A stretch of 64,000 nucleotides of DNA from the human T2T-CHM13v2.0 reference genome, Homo sapiens. A program made the position numbers and the translations under genes. Position 1 is the first letter of the stretch. Every line of letters starts with the position of its first letter. The notes beneath the pieces are model-generated. The model did not search any database. It was not told the origin of the DNA and saw nothing but the letters and a program-made list of their open reading frames with translations. This document shows positions 39,955-52,639 of the stretch, one piece after another. The stretch is taken from the NCBI RefSeq assembly GCF_009914755.1, contig NC_060925.1, one strand, 5' to 3'.

Positions 39955-40475
39955 TGCTTAAGTCAGATTCCCGGGGGGCACGCTCTTGAGATGGGGGTCC
40001 CAGGAAGTTTACTGCAGTATATAGAGGAGGGAAGGAAGTAGGATTGGGCAGAGGAAGGAGTTCAGTGGTGGGTCAGTTGCAACAAAGGCCTTAGCCCTAT
40101 AGGAACTCTGGAGCTAGGATGCATCTGCAATAGTGACCAGCTGGCCCAGTTTTCCCAGGACTGAGGGGATTCCTGGGATGCAGGATTTTGGTGCTAAGAC
40201 TGGAAAAGTCCTAGGGAAACTGGGATGAATTGGTTACCCTACCCTGCAGAGATGTCCTGCTTGTGGCAAAGGGGCTGGACCTTTATGTCTCAGTGGATGT
40301 GAGCTGCCTTGAAGGAGGGAACTTAACCTCGGGCAGGGTGACTTTCTTTGGCTGAGGGCAATTCCTGGAGAGGGACTCAGCTGTGAGCCATCAGTTGCCA
40401 ACACTCCAGGCAGTTGGGAGAATGAGTATCTTGTTTCTGAAGGTGGGATCTGGGCAGCGTACCACAACATCCCCT
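39955..40475 (-). mobile_element. LTR16-like ERVL LTR with a nested MER81
   Basis: ggaagtaggattgggcagagg...gttgcaacaaaggccttagcc...ggcaattcctggagagggactcagctgtgagcc. Confidence 0.75.
40129..40241 (+). mobile_element. MER81 hAT-Blackjack MITE
   Basis: TIR-like ends tagtgacca/tggttacccta; ccaggactgagggga...gtgctaagactggaaaagtcc. Confidence 0.8.
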
Positions 40476-40859
40476 ATGTTGCTGGGTAAATGTAAATTCT
40501 CTCCCCATCTCCTGTGAGGCAGGCTGGGGTAGTTGTAAAGAGAAGTTCCAAAAGGTGTCACAACTAGTGACACTTTAAGAGCTCAAGGAGGTCTCCAAAC
40601 TCTCATCTTGGCTTGTTCAAAGGGTAAGATCTTGCACCTCTGCTGCAACATAGAGGCATAGGATCTGCACCCCACGGCACCAGGAGCTCCCCATTACAGG
40701 TATAGTCTCTTGAAACACCAATGTGGGGCAGTGGAACTCTTTACATTTTTTCAGCAGAAGAGCTTTTTGCTTTCCTTCCTGGTGATTATTTTTCCCTTCC
40801 TCTAGTCTGGGAGACCCAGGCTATCCTCATCCTAGATAATTAAAAATACTTATAACACA

Positions 40860-41095
40860 AATAATAACAGCTGACGTTTATAGAGCCTTTACTCATGTCA
40901 GGCACAGTTCTAAAAGCTTTACATGTAATGCATCATTTTATCCTCCCAGCTGTCCTATGAGGTAGATACAGTTATCCTTATTTTACCAATGAAGAAATTG
41001 AAGACCAGAGAGGGTTATAAATGGATGAAGTTTACATAGCTAAGAGGTGGTAGAACCAGGATACAAACCCAGGCAGTTTGCTTCCTGTGCTCTTC
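40860..41095 (-). mobile_element. MIR
   Basis: ataataacagctgacgtttatagagc...ccaggatacaaacccaggcagt. Confidence 0.85.
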
Positions 41096-41364
41096 TCGTG
41101 GTGCAAATGACACCGTTAGATTGAGACTGTCAACTCAGTCCAAACTTGCAATTGGTTCCTGCTGGTGGTTCTGTCCCTGCATTCTTTCACAGTGATAACA
41201 GCAAGAAAAACAGTGAGAGTTATAACTTACCAGGTTTTAACTCTGTGTCAGACACTGTGCTGACTGCTTTACCTTCATCACCTCTTTGATGATTATCATA
41301 AGCCTACAAGGTAGCCTCCTCACTTTATAAATGATTGTCACTTACCCAAGGTCACAAAACTGGT

Positions 41365-42668
41365 AGGGTTGTTCTGGATACTTACTGCTGAGTAACAAAC
41401 TCCTACAAACTTACGGACTTAAAACAAGGGCCATTTTCATCAGAGAAATGCAAATCAAAACCATAATGAGATACCATCTCACACCAGTTAGAATGGCAAT
41501 CATTAAAAAGTCAGGAAACAACAGGTGCTGGAGAGGATGTGGAGAAATAGGAACACTTTTACACTGTTGGTGGGACTGTAAACTAGTTCAACCATTGTGG
41601 AAGTCAGTGTGGTGATTCCTCAGGGATCTAGAACTAGAAATACCACTTGACCCAGCCATCCCATTACTGGGTATATACCCAAAGGATTATAAATCATGTT
41701 GCTATAAAGACACATGCAAACATATATTTATTGCAGCACTATTCACAATAGCAAAGACTTGGAACCAAGCCAAATGTCCAACAATGATAGACTGGATTAA
41801 GAAAATGTGGCACATATATACCATGGAATACTATGCAGCCATAAAAAATGATGAGTTCATGTCCTTTGTAGGGACATGGATGAAGCTGGAAACCATCATT
41901 CTCAGCAAACTATCGCAAGGACAAAAAACCAAACACTGCATATTCTCACTCATAGGTGGGAATTGAACAATGAGAACACATGGACACGGGAAGGGGAACA
42001 TCACACACTGGGGCCTGTTGTGGGGTGGGGGGAAGGGGGAGGGATAGCATTAGGAGATATACCTAATGCTAAACGACGAGTTAATTGGTGCAGCACATCA
42101 ACATGGCACATGTATACATATGTAACAAACCTGCACGTTGTGTACATGTACCCTAAGACTTAAAGTATAATTAAAAAAAAAAACAAGGGCCATTTTATTA
42201 TATCTCACTATGCTGTGGGTGAGGAATTCAGGCAGGGCTCAGCTGAGTGGTTCTTCTGCTCCATGCCACATTGACTGAAGTCACCGGTGGTACTCAGCTG
42301 ATTGCTGGACTGGTCTGGAGGGTCCAAGACAACTTTTCTCATGTGGCTGGTGTCTTGGTGAGCCCAGCTATGTCTCTCTCTCCCTCTCCTTATAGTCTCA
42401 GGGCATCCCCATGTGGTCTCTCCAAGCGGAGTCATTGGATGTCTTATGTGGACACTCAGGATCTAAGAGTGACTGTTCTTAGAGGGAGGAAGTGAAAGCT
42501 ACTAGTCCCTTAAGGCCTGAGTCTGGAAACTGGCACAGCATCACTTCCAACATGTTCTGTGGCTCAAAGTTATGACAGTGCTCATGCTAATGCAAGGAGG
42601 AGGAACAGACTTCACCTCCCAGTGAGAGGCTTGTCAAATAATTTATTGCCGTCTTAAATCTACCACAG
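41365..42668 (-). mobile_element. MLT1 (F/H-like) LTR split by L1PA
   Basis: actgctgagtaacaaac...ggacttaaaacaa | ctgtgggtgaggaattcaggcagggctcagctg...ggaaactggcacagcatcacttcc...aatctaccaca. Confidence 0.8.
41438..42179 (+). mobile_element. 5'-truncated L1PA (PA3/PA4-like) with 17-bp TSD
   Basis: ORF2 C-terminus (MIDWIKKMWHIYTMEYY...SLIGGN), 3'UTR and polyA; TSD aaaacaagggccatttt at 41421-41437 and 42180-42196. Confidence 0.97.
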
Positions 42669-43377
42669 AGACCAAGTCTGTCTGCTTCCCAAGCCCTGGT
42701 GTTTAACCCACTCCCCACATGCATGTCCACCTTCCCTTAGAAGCTTTCTCTTTTCCCTGTGATTCCTCTTCACTTCAGAAAACCCAGGGGCTAGTCATTC
42801 CTCTGCTCCTCAGCCTTCAGAGCCCTGAGCTTGGCCAGCAGGGTCGAACTGTCTGGCCCTCTGTGCCCCTCTCCCTAGCAGCCTCCTTCTCTCCCCTTCT
42901 TTGCTCACCTTCCTTGCCTGTGCTACAAGCCTCCAGCCTGCCTGGCAGCTCTGCCCTGGACTGGCATGGGGGTCCTGGCAGGGGATGAGGCCGACCCACA
43001 GGGCAGCACAGTGGCTCAGAGGAGAAACCCACAAGTGAAGGCTGGCAATGGAGGTGGGCAGCAGTTAGGGTCCACCTGGGTCAGTGCTGATGGGGGCTCT
43101 AAGGCAGCACAGTCTTGCCAGCCTGGGAGACTCCAATGTGGTCGGGCCATCTTGCCCCTGCTGAAAACTTCCCATGGCTTCCTATTGCACTCAGGCTGAA
43201 GTCCTGCGGGAGCTGATGTTGCCTGCTCTGCAGCCTCACCCCTCAGCATTTCCTGCTTTTCTTCCTAGCCTTCTTCTCTGGCCACACTTTTGTTTATCTG
43301 GGAAGACATGGAGGTTGAAGTGCTGTAGCTATGTTGAAACCATAAGAGGCCTGGGAGGGGAGTGAGAAAGTGGAAAT

Positions 43378-43490
43378 GAAGAGAGATAGAGGGAGAGAAA
43401 GGGAAGAGAGAGAGGGAAGAGGAGAGAGAGAAAGGGAGAGAGGGAGAGGGAGAGGGAGAGGGAGGGGGAAGAGAGAGAGAGAGAGAGAAA
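43378..43490 (+). repeat. (GA)n/(GGGAGA)n polypurine repeat
   Basis: Over 100 nt of nearly pure purine. Confidence 0.93.
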
Positions 43491-44277
43491 ATCTGGACAG
43501 TTGTTTGAGACTGGATCAAGCCATATGTGATTAGGTATACCCAACTTTCCAGTCACATGAAGCAATGTATAGTCTATATGTTTCAGCCAGTTTGGGTTGG
43601 GGTTTCTCTAATTTGTAACAGAAAAGCACCAGTGTTGGTGAGGGTCCTGAAACTCGGGCTGGGTATTCAGGCCTTGGTAATGATAATACCTTTCTACTCT
43701 GGGGAAAATGCTTAGAACTTGGCTGTCTTGGCTGGAAGGCCCCAACTCATCACTGTTTAGATGGGGAAACTGAGGCCCAGAGAGGCAAAGTCACATGTAG
43801 AGGGAGTGACTGCCACTGGAGATGCTTCAGCAGAGAGGACCTGGGCTTTCTACTGAGGCAGCTGACCTCACCCTGCATGGTGGGACAGTGTGTGAGGCTC
43901 TGTTTACACACAGAGGAGGGACAGGAAGGACCAGACCTGACTCACAGGAAGCCATGGTAGTTGGACCTGACCCAGGTTAAGGAGTGGCTGAGACCCACCA
44001 GGCAAACCCTGAGCCCCTGGTCTTAGTAGTAAACAGAGGCTGCAGGCCCAAGGGTCAGTAGGGACTCATGAATGAGGGCAGATGGGGCAGCCTCAGGACC
44101 ACCTCTGGCCAGCACAGGAGGCTGAAGGGCTGCAAGACTGAGGCCTAGCTAAGTGGGGTGACACCATGTTGTCCTGCTCAGCTCACTGGATTCCAGCCAC
44201 CCTGGCCTGCTCTTTTCTGAACTGTGCCTGGCAGCTTTGGCACCAGGGCCTTTGCACATGCTGTTCCACCTGCGTGA

Positions 44278-44647
<370 letters not shown>

Positions 44648-44796
44648 TAGGGACATCCTTTCTTATCTGCCTTGAATCATTCAACAAATATTTATTGAGC
44701 TCCTAATATGTGCCACATACTTTTCTAGAGACCAGCGGTGATTAAGACCAATTTGAAGTTATATTATCCCTGGGCGGTGGAGGCAGGTGGGTAGAA

Positions 44797-45385
44797 CACA
44801 CACATATGCAGACACACACACAGACACTCCCAGACACACACTCATATAGACACACATAGATGCACATACACAGACATAGACACCCAAACACAATCACACA
44901 CAGACACACAGATACAGACACACACACACATACACAGACACTTCCAGACACACAAACACAGGCACTTATACACAACACACAGACAGAGCCACCCAAACAC
45001 ACTTATACACACACACACAGACACCCAAACACAGACACACACACACATACACAGACACTCCCAGACACACAGACACAAACACAAACACTCATACACACAC
45101 ACAGACGTGGACACCCAGACACACACACACACACACTCCCAGACACACAGATACAGACAAACGTAGACACTCATACACACACAGACAGATATAGACACCC
45201 AAACACAGACACACAGACAGAGACACGCAAACACACACACACCCACACTCCTACACAGACACAGAGAAACACAGAGACTCATACACACACATACACACAC
45301 ACACTCACAGACATAGACACCCAAACACAAATACACACAGACACAGACCAGACACACGCAGACATAGACAGAAACAGACACACAG
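44797..45385 (+). repeat. About 590-bp degenerate (CA)n/(CACAGA)n compound repeat
   Basis: Recurrent blocks acacacatacacagacactcccagacacacag and agacacccaaacaca. Confidence 0.95.
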
Positions 45386-45439
45386 GAAACCGAAACAGAG
45401 AGGTGGGGGAATTGATGCTGGGGAAAGGGATAAAGAGTT

Positions 45440-47140
45440 TCCAATTGCATGGTTGGAAAATGGCTCTCTGAGGAGTCTACATCTGAGAAAGAACTTGAAT
45501 GAGTGGAAGGAACACTCTGGGAGAGGGGTGTGGCATTCTAGGCAGAGGGAACAGGGGAGGGGATGGGGTGGGCCACCAGGCTGGGTGGGAGCCGTGAGTG
45601 AGGGGAGGAGCGGAGGGCCCGGGTGCAGGCAGAGCTACAGGTCAGGAGCCCTGGCTTTTCAGGTCCCATGAGGACAGGGAACTATACAGGATTTTGAGAA
45701 GCCACTGAGGGCTTTTTTTTTTTTTCTTCAACTTTTATTTTAAGTTCAGGGATGCATGTGCAGGATGTGCAGGTTTGTTACATAGCTGAACATGTGGTGG
45801 TTTGCTGCACAGATCATCCCGTCACCTAGGTATTAAAGCCCACCATCCATTAGCTATTCTTCCTGATGCTCTCTCTCCCTGCCACGCAACAGGCCCCAGT
45901 ATGTGTTGTTCCCTGCCATGTGTCCATGTGGCCTCATCACGCAGCTCCCACTTATAAGTGAGAACATGCGCTGTTTGGTTTTCTGTTCCTATGTTAGTTT
46001 GCTGAGGATAACGCCTTTCCGTTCAAAGGATATGATCTTGATCCTTTTAATGACTGCATAGTATTCCTTGGTGTATACATACTACATTTTCTTTATACAA
46101 TCTATCATCGATGGGCATTTGGGTTGATTCCATGTCGTTGCTATTGTGAGTCTACAAGGACCTTGAGCAAATCTACAAGACAACAAACAACCCCATTAAA
46201 AAATGCGCGAAGGACATGAACAGACACTTCTCAAAAGAAGACGTACATGTGACCAACAAACATATGAAAAAAACTCAACATCACTGATCATTAGAGAAAT
46301 GCAAATCACACCCACAATGAGATACCATCTCACGCCAGTCAGAATGGAGATTATTAAAAAGTCAAGAAACAACAGGTGCTGGCAGAGAAAGGCTGCAGAG
46401 AATAAGAACGCTATTACATTGGGTAAGAGTGTAAATTCGTTCAACCATTGTGGAAGACAGTGTGGCGATTCCTCAAAGACCCAGAGGCAGAAATACCATT
46501 TGACCCAGCAATCCCATTACTGGGTATATACCCAAAGGAATAGAAACCATTCTATTATAAGGATACGTGCATGCGTATGTTCATTGCAGCACTGAAGACT
46601 TTTTAAGAAGGGGGTGGCGCAGTCTGAGTCACGCTTTAGCAGGCTCCCTCTGGCTGCCGTGGGTGGTGGACAGCGGGTGGAGGTGTGTGGAAGCCGGAAG
46701 CCATGCCAGCCGTCCAGGCAGATGACGGTTGCTGGGGCTGGGACAGGAGCAGTCACAGTGGGGAAGGGGTTGGTTTTTGGATATAGTTTCAAGGTCACAC
46801 CAGTGGGATTTGCCTGGATATGGGGCATGAGAGAAAGCAGGCAATGACTTTGGCCTGAGCTTCTGGGTGCCGCTTAGTGAGATGCCGAGGCGGGAGAGGA
46901 GATGGGTCTCAAGGGAAGCCTGAGTTTCATTTAGGTTGTATAAAATTTGGGGTGCCTCTCAGGCCAATGGAATGCCTAGCAGGAAGTTGTATGTGTGAAT
47001 TTCATGTTGGGAGACAGGGTTATGGCTGGAGACCCACATTCATGCATCCTCATTTTACAGAAGGCATCTAGCACTGCTTTGTCCTTGATGAGCTCACCTA
47101 GGGAGAGAGGGTGGAGAGAGAAGCCCAAGGCCTGAGCCCC
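45440..47140 (-). mobile_element. L2 fragment interrupted by an inverted L1PA
   Basis: ggctctctgaggagtctacatctgag...gccactga|ttttaagaagggg...ggctccctctggctgc...atgactttggcctgagc. Confidence 0.8.
45713..46593 (-). mobile_element. L1PA (PA7-PA10-like) with 5' inversion (twin priming)
   Basis: Minus-strand 3' part at 45713-46149, plus-strand ORF2 part at 46150-46593; TSD cactga[gg/ag][g/a]cttttt at 45703-45717 and 46590-46604. Confidence 0.93.
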
Positions 47141-47219
47141 AGACATCTCTGCTTGCTTCTGGGACGTCACTCTTATCTGGTTGTCCCCTAGCTGGTTCTG
47201 AGGTCAGGACTAGTAGAGG

Positions 47220-47405
47220 GCTTGAGTTCATTTCCTAGAGCTGGCGTCACAAATTACTCCAAACTGCTAGCTTAAGAAAAAGCAATCTATTCTCTCATAG
47301 TTCCAGAAGGCACAGCTCCAACATTAAGGTGTCTGCAGGGCTGTGTCCTTTCCAGAAGGTCCAGGGAAGAATCTTTTCTTGCTTTTTCCAGCTTCTGGTG
47401 GCTTC
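47220..47405 (-). mobile_element. MLT1 LTR 3' fragment
   Basis: tttcctagagctggcgtcacaaattactccaaact...ttgctttttccagcttctggtggct. Confidence 0.8.
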
Positions 47406-48089
47406 AGGACAGGGGTGTACCCCAGACATAAGGAAGGCTGGGGGAGAGGCCCCTGCTGAGCAAGTTACTGGTCAGTCCCAGGGGTTGCCTTCAGGGCTGG
47501 TGGGCTGGGAGCAGAAGCTCTGAGCTCTTCTTCTTTCTAGAAAGAAATTCACCCTCAAATCCTTTCCTAACACCTGGGGAGTGCCACCCACCCTCTTCAG
47601 CCAAGGTGCCAAATGCTAATCCTGGTCTGGACCCAGATAAGCTTCTGTTTAAATAGTCAGAGATTAGTTTTCAAATTGACAAATAGAGCCCATCTGGAAT
47701 GCTCGGAGCTGTCCCCTCCAGGGCCTGGCTGAGCAAATCCAGTTTAATTAGTCTTGGTGCTCAGCCTGGCAGGGGTGGGGATGGGTTGGGGGAGGGGGTG
47801 GTGGCCTTCTTCCAGCTCAGTTACTGGCCTCCCCAAGGCAGTTGGGCTAGCCCTTGTCTGTCTGTCTGTCCTAGTGCTCCTCCCCACTGTGCTGGGCCCT
47901 CAAGAGTTAAAGAACAGGAGGGGGTGTGAGGATTCACTCTGCCTGTCCCCCAGGAAGGATGGACCTGAGCCCCTCCTTCCACAGCCTCCCCTCTGCTTCT
48001 CCTCACTGTGCACTAGGCTCCAGCTGCAGGGAGCCACCTGAAGTTCCTTCACACACCTCAAGCTTTTACCTGTGCCTGTGTGTGCCACT

Positions 48090-48440
48090 GCATTCATTCA
48101 TTCATCTGTCTAATAATTATGGAGCACCTACTATTGGCTGGGCACTCTTCTAGGCACAAAGGAGACAAAGTCTCTGACCTCTGGAGCTTTTGATTTAGGA
48201 ATGGGTGACAGATATTGGCCAAATAATCACACAAAAGGAAGTTCAGTCCCAGACTCTGAAATGTGTTGGTAGAGAACTGCACAGTGTTGGGAGAATGTTG
48301 GGGCTCAGTGTGGCTGGCAGTAGCGGGGGACATAGAAGGGTTAGAGGAGACTCCAGAGGAAATGGCATTTGAGCTGAGATTTGAAGGGTGATAGGGAGTC
48401 AGCCAGGTGAGGGAGAATGAGCTGAGAGAGAGTGTATGTG
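48090..48440 (-). mobile_element. L2 3' end
   Basis: cattcattcattcat...gagcacctactattggctgggcactcttctaggc...ggcatttgagctgagatttgaagg. Confidence 0.8.
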
Positions 48441-49427
48441 TGCACGCACTTGTGTATGTGTACATGTGCATGTGTGCACACATGACATTCCAAGCAGATT
48501 GAACACTGGGCACTTGCCCTGAGGTGAGGAAGGCTGGTGCCCCTGCACACCCAGTAGAAGGCTTGTGTGTTTGGGAATGGGAAACGGGGTGAGGCAAAGA
48601 GAAAGCAGGGGCAGGAGGCTGGGCTTCCTTAGCATCCAGTCCATCTCAGTCTTTGAACCCAAGAACAATGGGAAGCCCTTTCAGGCTCCAGGCAGGGCTG
48701 CATGGTCAGATTTACATGGGAAGAGACTGCATTGTCTGCAGTGTGGAGATCAAACCCCTCTCTGCCTGGAATGCTGCCCTAGACACCTTGCCTTCCTGGG
48801 CACCTGGCAGGGGGAGCACCTCCCTGTCCTCACCCACCACAGCCCACGGAGCAGGCAGCATGGCTGCCTGTTCCCACGTCCGAGGCTCCCCTTGCATCTG
48901 TCTCTGTCTTTTCAGTGCCCACCTTGGTGCTAAAGAAATGTGTTGAATGAGTGAGTGAGTGAGTGAATGAGTGTATAACTGAATGAAGTTTTGGCTCAAG
49001 TGTTACCTCCGTGATGAATAAAGACAGTCCTGACTGAGCTTGGGGCCAACAGATTTACCCACTCCTTCCTTTGTGTGTTCACTGACCTGCACAGAATCTG
49101 TCATTTCCCCAGCCCCAGGAACTGGTGCTGTGCTGGCAAACAGGTAACAGCCAGCTCTCCAGAGGGGGAAAAGCCCTGCTTTGTGGCATTTGCTCATCTA
49201 AGTAAACATGCCTGCTCACCATGGCTGATTTGAAGCTACTTACCTGACATCACTTAACACAGAATTGGGTGAGGAAGTGCACAGTCAGCCGTTGGAAGCT
49301 GAACAAGGCAGCTCCAGCCAGCACTCCCTGAAAAACTCTACTGTGAGAGGAAGCCAGGCCCACAGTCTGGTCAGGGCTGTGAATGGCCTGGATGGGCCTC
49401 AAGCGGCCATGGATGGTTGGGAGAAGC

Positions 49428-49670
49428 AGCACAGTGTCATGGTTAGGACACAGGCTCTGGACCCAGACTGCCTGGCTTTGAGTCCTGGCTCCTCTGCTGA
49501 TTAGCTGTATGTCTGAGGGCAGTTAGCTAACATCACCGTGCCTCAGTTTCCTCATTTGTGAAAAAGGGGTGATATTGATCATTATAACTCCCTTCCTGGA
49601 ATGGTGTCGGGATTAAATCAGGCACTGTTTGTAGAGGACTTGGAAAGGTGCTTGGCACACAATCCATGTT
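49428..49670 (+). mobile_element. MIR, near full length
   Basis: atggttaggacacaggctctggacccagactgcctgg...gtgcctcagtttcctcatttgtgaaa. Confidence 0.88.
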
Positions 49671-49713
49671 TAATAAGGCCTGGTGGTGCCCTCAACAAAG
49701 AGGCCTCCTTTCT

Positions 49714-50383
49714 TTCTTTCTTTTTTTTTTTTTACTAGAGATAAACAGAACATTTTATAATCATAAAATGACCATTCCATCGGGAAAACATAACAATTAC
49801 AAACATGTATGTCCCTAATAACAGAGGCCCAAAATACATGAATCATTAATAGAATTGAGGAAGAATTAGATTCAGCAGTAATAGTTGTAAATTTCAATAT
49901 CCCACTTTTCTTCTTTTTTTTTTCTTTTTTTTCTTTTCTTTTATTATTATTACACTTTAAGTTTTAGGGTACATGTGCACAATGTGCAGGTTAGTTACAT
50001 ATGTATACATGTGCCATGCTGGTGTGCTGCACCCATTAAGTTGTCATTTAGCATTAGGTATATCTCCTAATGCTATCCCTCCCCACTCCCCCCACCCCAC
50101 CACAGTCCCCAGAGTGTGATGTTCCCCTTCCTGTGTCCATGTGTTCTCATTGCTCAATTCCCATCTATGAGTGAGAACATGCGGTGTTTGGTTTTTTGTC
50201 CTTGCGATAGTTTACTGAGAATGATGATTTCCAATTTCATCCATGTCCCTACAAAGGACATGAACTCATCATTTTTTATGGCTGCATAGTATTCCGTGGT
50301 GTATATGTGCCACATTTTCTTAATCCAGTCTATCATTGTTGGACATTTGGCTTGGTTCCAAGTCTTTGCTATTGTGAATAGTG
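49714..50383 (-). mobile_element. 5'-truncated L1PA (PA2-PA4-like) with an ~175-bp 3' transduction
   Basis: TSD aagaggcctcctttct at 49698-49713 and 50384-50399 brackets polyT, segment 49734-49908, a second polyT, and the L1PA 3' end. Confidence 0.92.
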
Positions 50384-51544
50384 AAGAGGCCTCCTTTCTA
50401 TCCACCCTTCAAGGCCACTGCAGCCGTACCTGCCTGTGAGCACCCATCCCCTGGGCCCAGGCTCCTTACATCCCCTGAACATAGGCAGCTCTTCCTGGAC
50501 CCTCTTTTGGTCTTTAGAAGGGAGCCTTTTGTCTACAGCCAGTGACTACAGCGCTTCCGCCCCCCATGCCCAGATCTGAGATCCCAGACCTGGTTCTTTG
50601 TGGGGAGCGTCTTGGGAACCCACAGAAACTGCTAAGATTCCAATGATACAAATTCTGCAAAGGAAACTGGGGTTATAATTCAGGAATTTTTAGTTGAAGT
50701 GACTTAGAAATGTTCAATTTAATGAGATGTACACCCTCTAAAAAACTGGGAAATCGCAGTCGTGCCCAAGGACACACAAGTTCAAGGAAAATCCAGGCAG
50801 AACTGAGCAAGTAAGATTCTCACTAATCATCATTTGGTGCTTATTCATTTGTTTTATTCTCTCTGAGTAGTGAGAGACAAGGAGGACCTGGATGTTTAAA
50901 ACAAAATTAAAAAGGGGAAAATCCTGAAATGGGAGAAAATTGTATCCACTCATTTTATTTTTTCCTGCAGATTTGGAAGAGACAGTGTCTATTGGGGGAA
51001 GCCTGGTGAGGGACAGATGGCATACTCAAGTGTTTATAAAGGTGAAGAGGGGGCAGGGGACCCCTGCAAGGTGATGGAAGGTGGTGGCAAGGGGTCATCA
51101 CCACCCTGGCTCCAATAAGTGGTTTCTAGGATGCAGAGAACATGGCCGGGGCACATACACTGTGGCCAAAGTCTTCCTCTGATATCCTGGCCTGGAGCCT
51201 GGGGCTGTGCATAGGAGGACTGGACTAGAGGATGTATTGGGTTGCTTTGTCCTTGAAACCCCACTTTGTCTTCTCCCAAGTTTGCTGCAAGTCTCAGTGG
51301 GAAGGAAGGTGTCTGGGGCTTGCTGAAAGAGAAAAAATAATCTCTTGTGAGAGTCTTTGCAAACAGTCCTTGGGCACCCCAGCCAGGCTTGGCCTGGACA
51401 CATACATGCACAGTGGACCGGCAGCTCTGCCATCCTTCAGGGCACAGGCGGGAGTTGGTCCTCGAGTTGGAAAGTGGCAGTTGGCACAACAAAGCTAGGG
51501 CCAGGCTGGGTGGAGGCCAGGGCTCCCTGATGGGTTTGCTTTCT

Positions 51545-51790
51545 TCCTGGTGATTACCCATTACCTCCCGTCAGTGGGTGATAAACTGTTATCACGGAAT
51601 TATCCGCCACAGGCTCCAGCATCAGTATGAAATCCATTACTGTCCGTCAAGCCCTGTGGCTAATGGGAAAAACCTGGCAGCTGCCCGGTGTGCCAGGCGG
51701 GGCTCGGACTGATCCGTTATCTGTCTATTACTTCAGCAATCACACCTTATAATGGAATCTTGGACAGGAAATGACAAGAAGTCCCAGGAT
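51545..51790. promoter_or_regulatory. Candidate conserved enhancer with an inverted GATA pair
   Basis: GTGATAA-actg-TTATCAC 51578-51595, further TTATC sites, CCATTA/TAATGG sites, CAGGAAAT, retained CpGs. Confidence 0.45.
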
Positions 51791-51984
51791 GTGTCGTTCC
51801 GACGGGCAACTGGTGGGTGAGGCTACCTGGTGGGCTCTGGAGTGTGGAGTGTGGCAGGGAGGTGAGTCAAAGGGTCAGCCCCATTGCCAGCCCCATGAGC
51901 TGCAGGGAAGACTTTTGCTTGTGGTCCATGAACAGGTTCCCAGTAAACAGCCAGACAAACATGTGGGTGGATAGGAGGCTGACT

Positions 51985-52152
51985 GGCTGGATGAATGAAC
52001 GGATGGACAAAAATATAGATGAATGGATGGATAGATGGATGGACAAAAATATAGATGAATGGATGGATAGATGGATGGACAAAAGTATAGATGGATGAAT
52101 GGATTGGTGAATACATAAACAGATGAACAGAAATATGGATGGATGGATGGAT
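51985..52152 (+). repeat. (GGAT)n-derived repeat with a 36-bp higher-order unit (about 2.5 copies)
   Basis: ggacaaaa at 52005, 52041 and 52077. Confidence 0.93.
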
Positions 52153-52639
52153 GGAATCTCAGGCCACATCCCAGGAGGCTGGGATCTGTGCCTTGCTCTG
52201 CTCCTACTAGCCCCCTCTTCCTAGGCTGAGTGCCTCTCTTGTCCAAATGCAGGGATCGACCAGTGTGGCAGCCTGGTGTGAGTGTGGGCACTGGAGTCAG
52301 ACCTGTGTTTGAAGCCCAGCTCTCTAGCAGCGTAGCCTCAGACAACTGACTTCACCCTTTTCTGCCTCTATGAAGCGGGATGATACTAGAACAATATCAC
52401 CTGGCTGATATTTGGTGCTACTGGATGGTGAGGGAGGCATCCGTGCTCTTGTCCCTCCCTGTTGATGACATCCAGTGATGTCATAGAGAGTATGTGCTCA
52501 TTAAGTGCTTAAACACGGACCCTGAGGCATACTGCAACCTGAGCGTGGGCTAAGCACTTCTTTTCCCCAACCCTCTCATGCCTCATCTGTTAAAGGGGGC
52601 TGATGGTACGTACCTTGTGGTATGGTAGAGGGGTTTTTG

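Noticed and set aside
41784-41966. L1 ORF2 C-terminal peptides (also at 46203, 50154, 62615)
   Set aside because: 5'-truncated retrotransposon remnants, not genes
44742-45471. 202-203 aa ORFs rich in CV or HT
   Set aside because: Translation of the CA/TG low-complexity repeat
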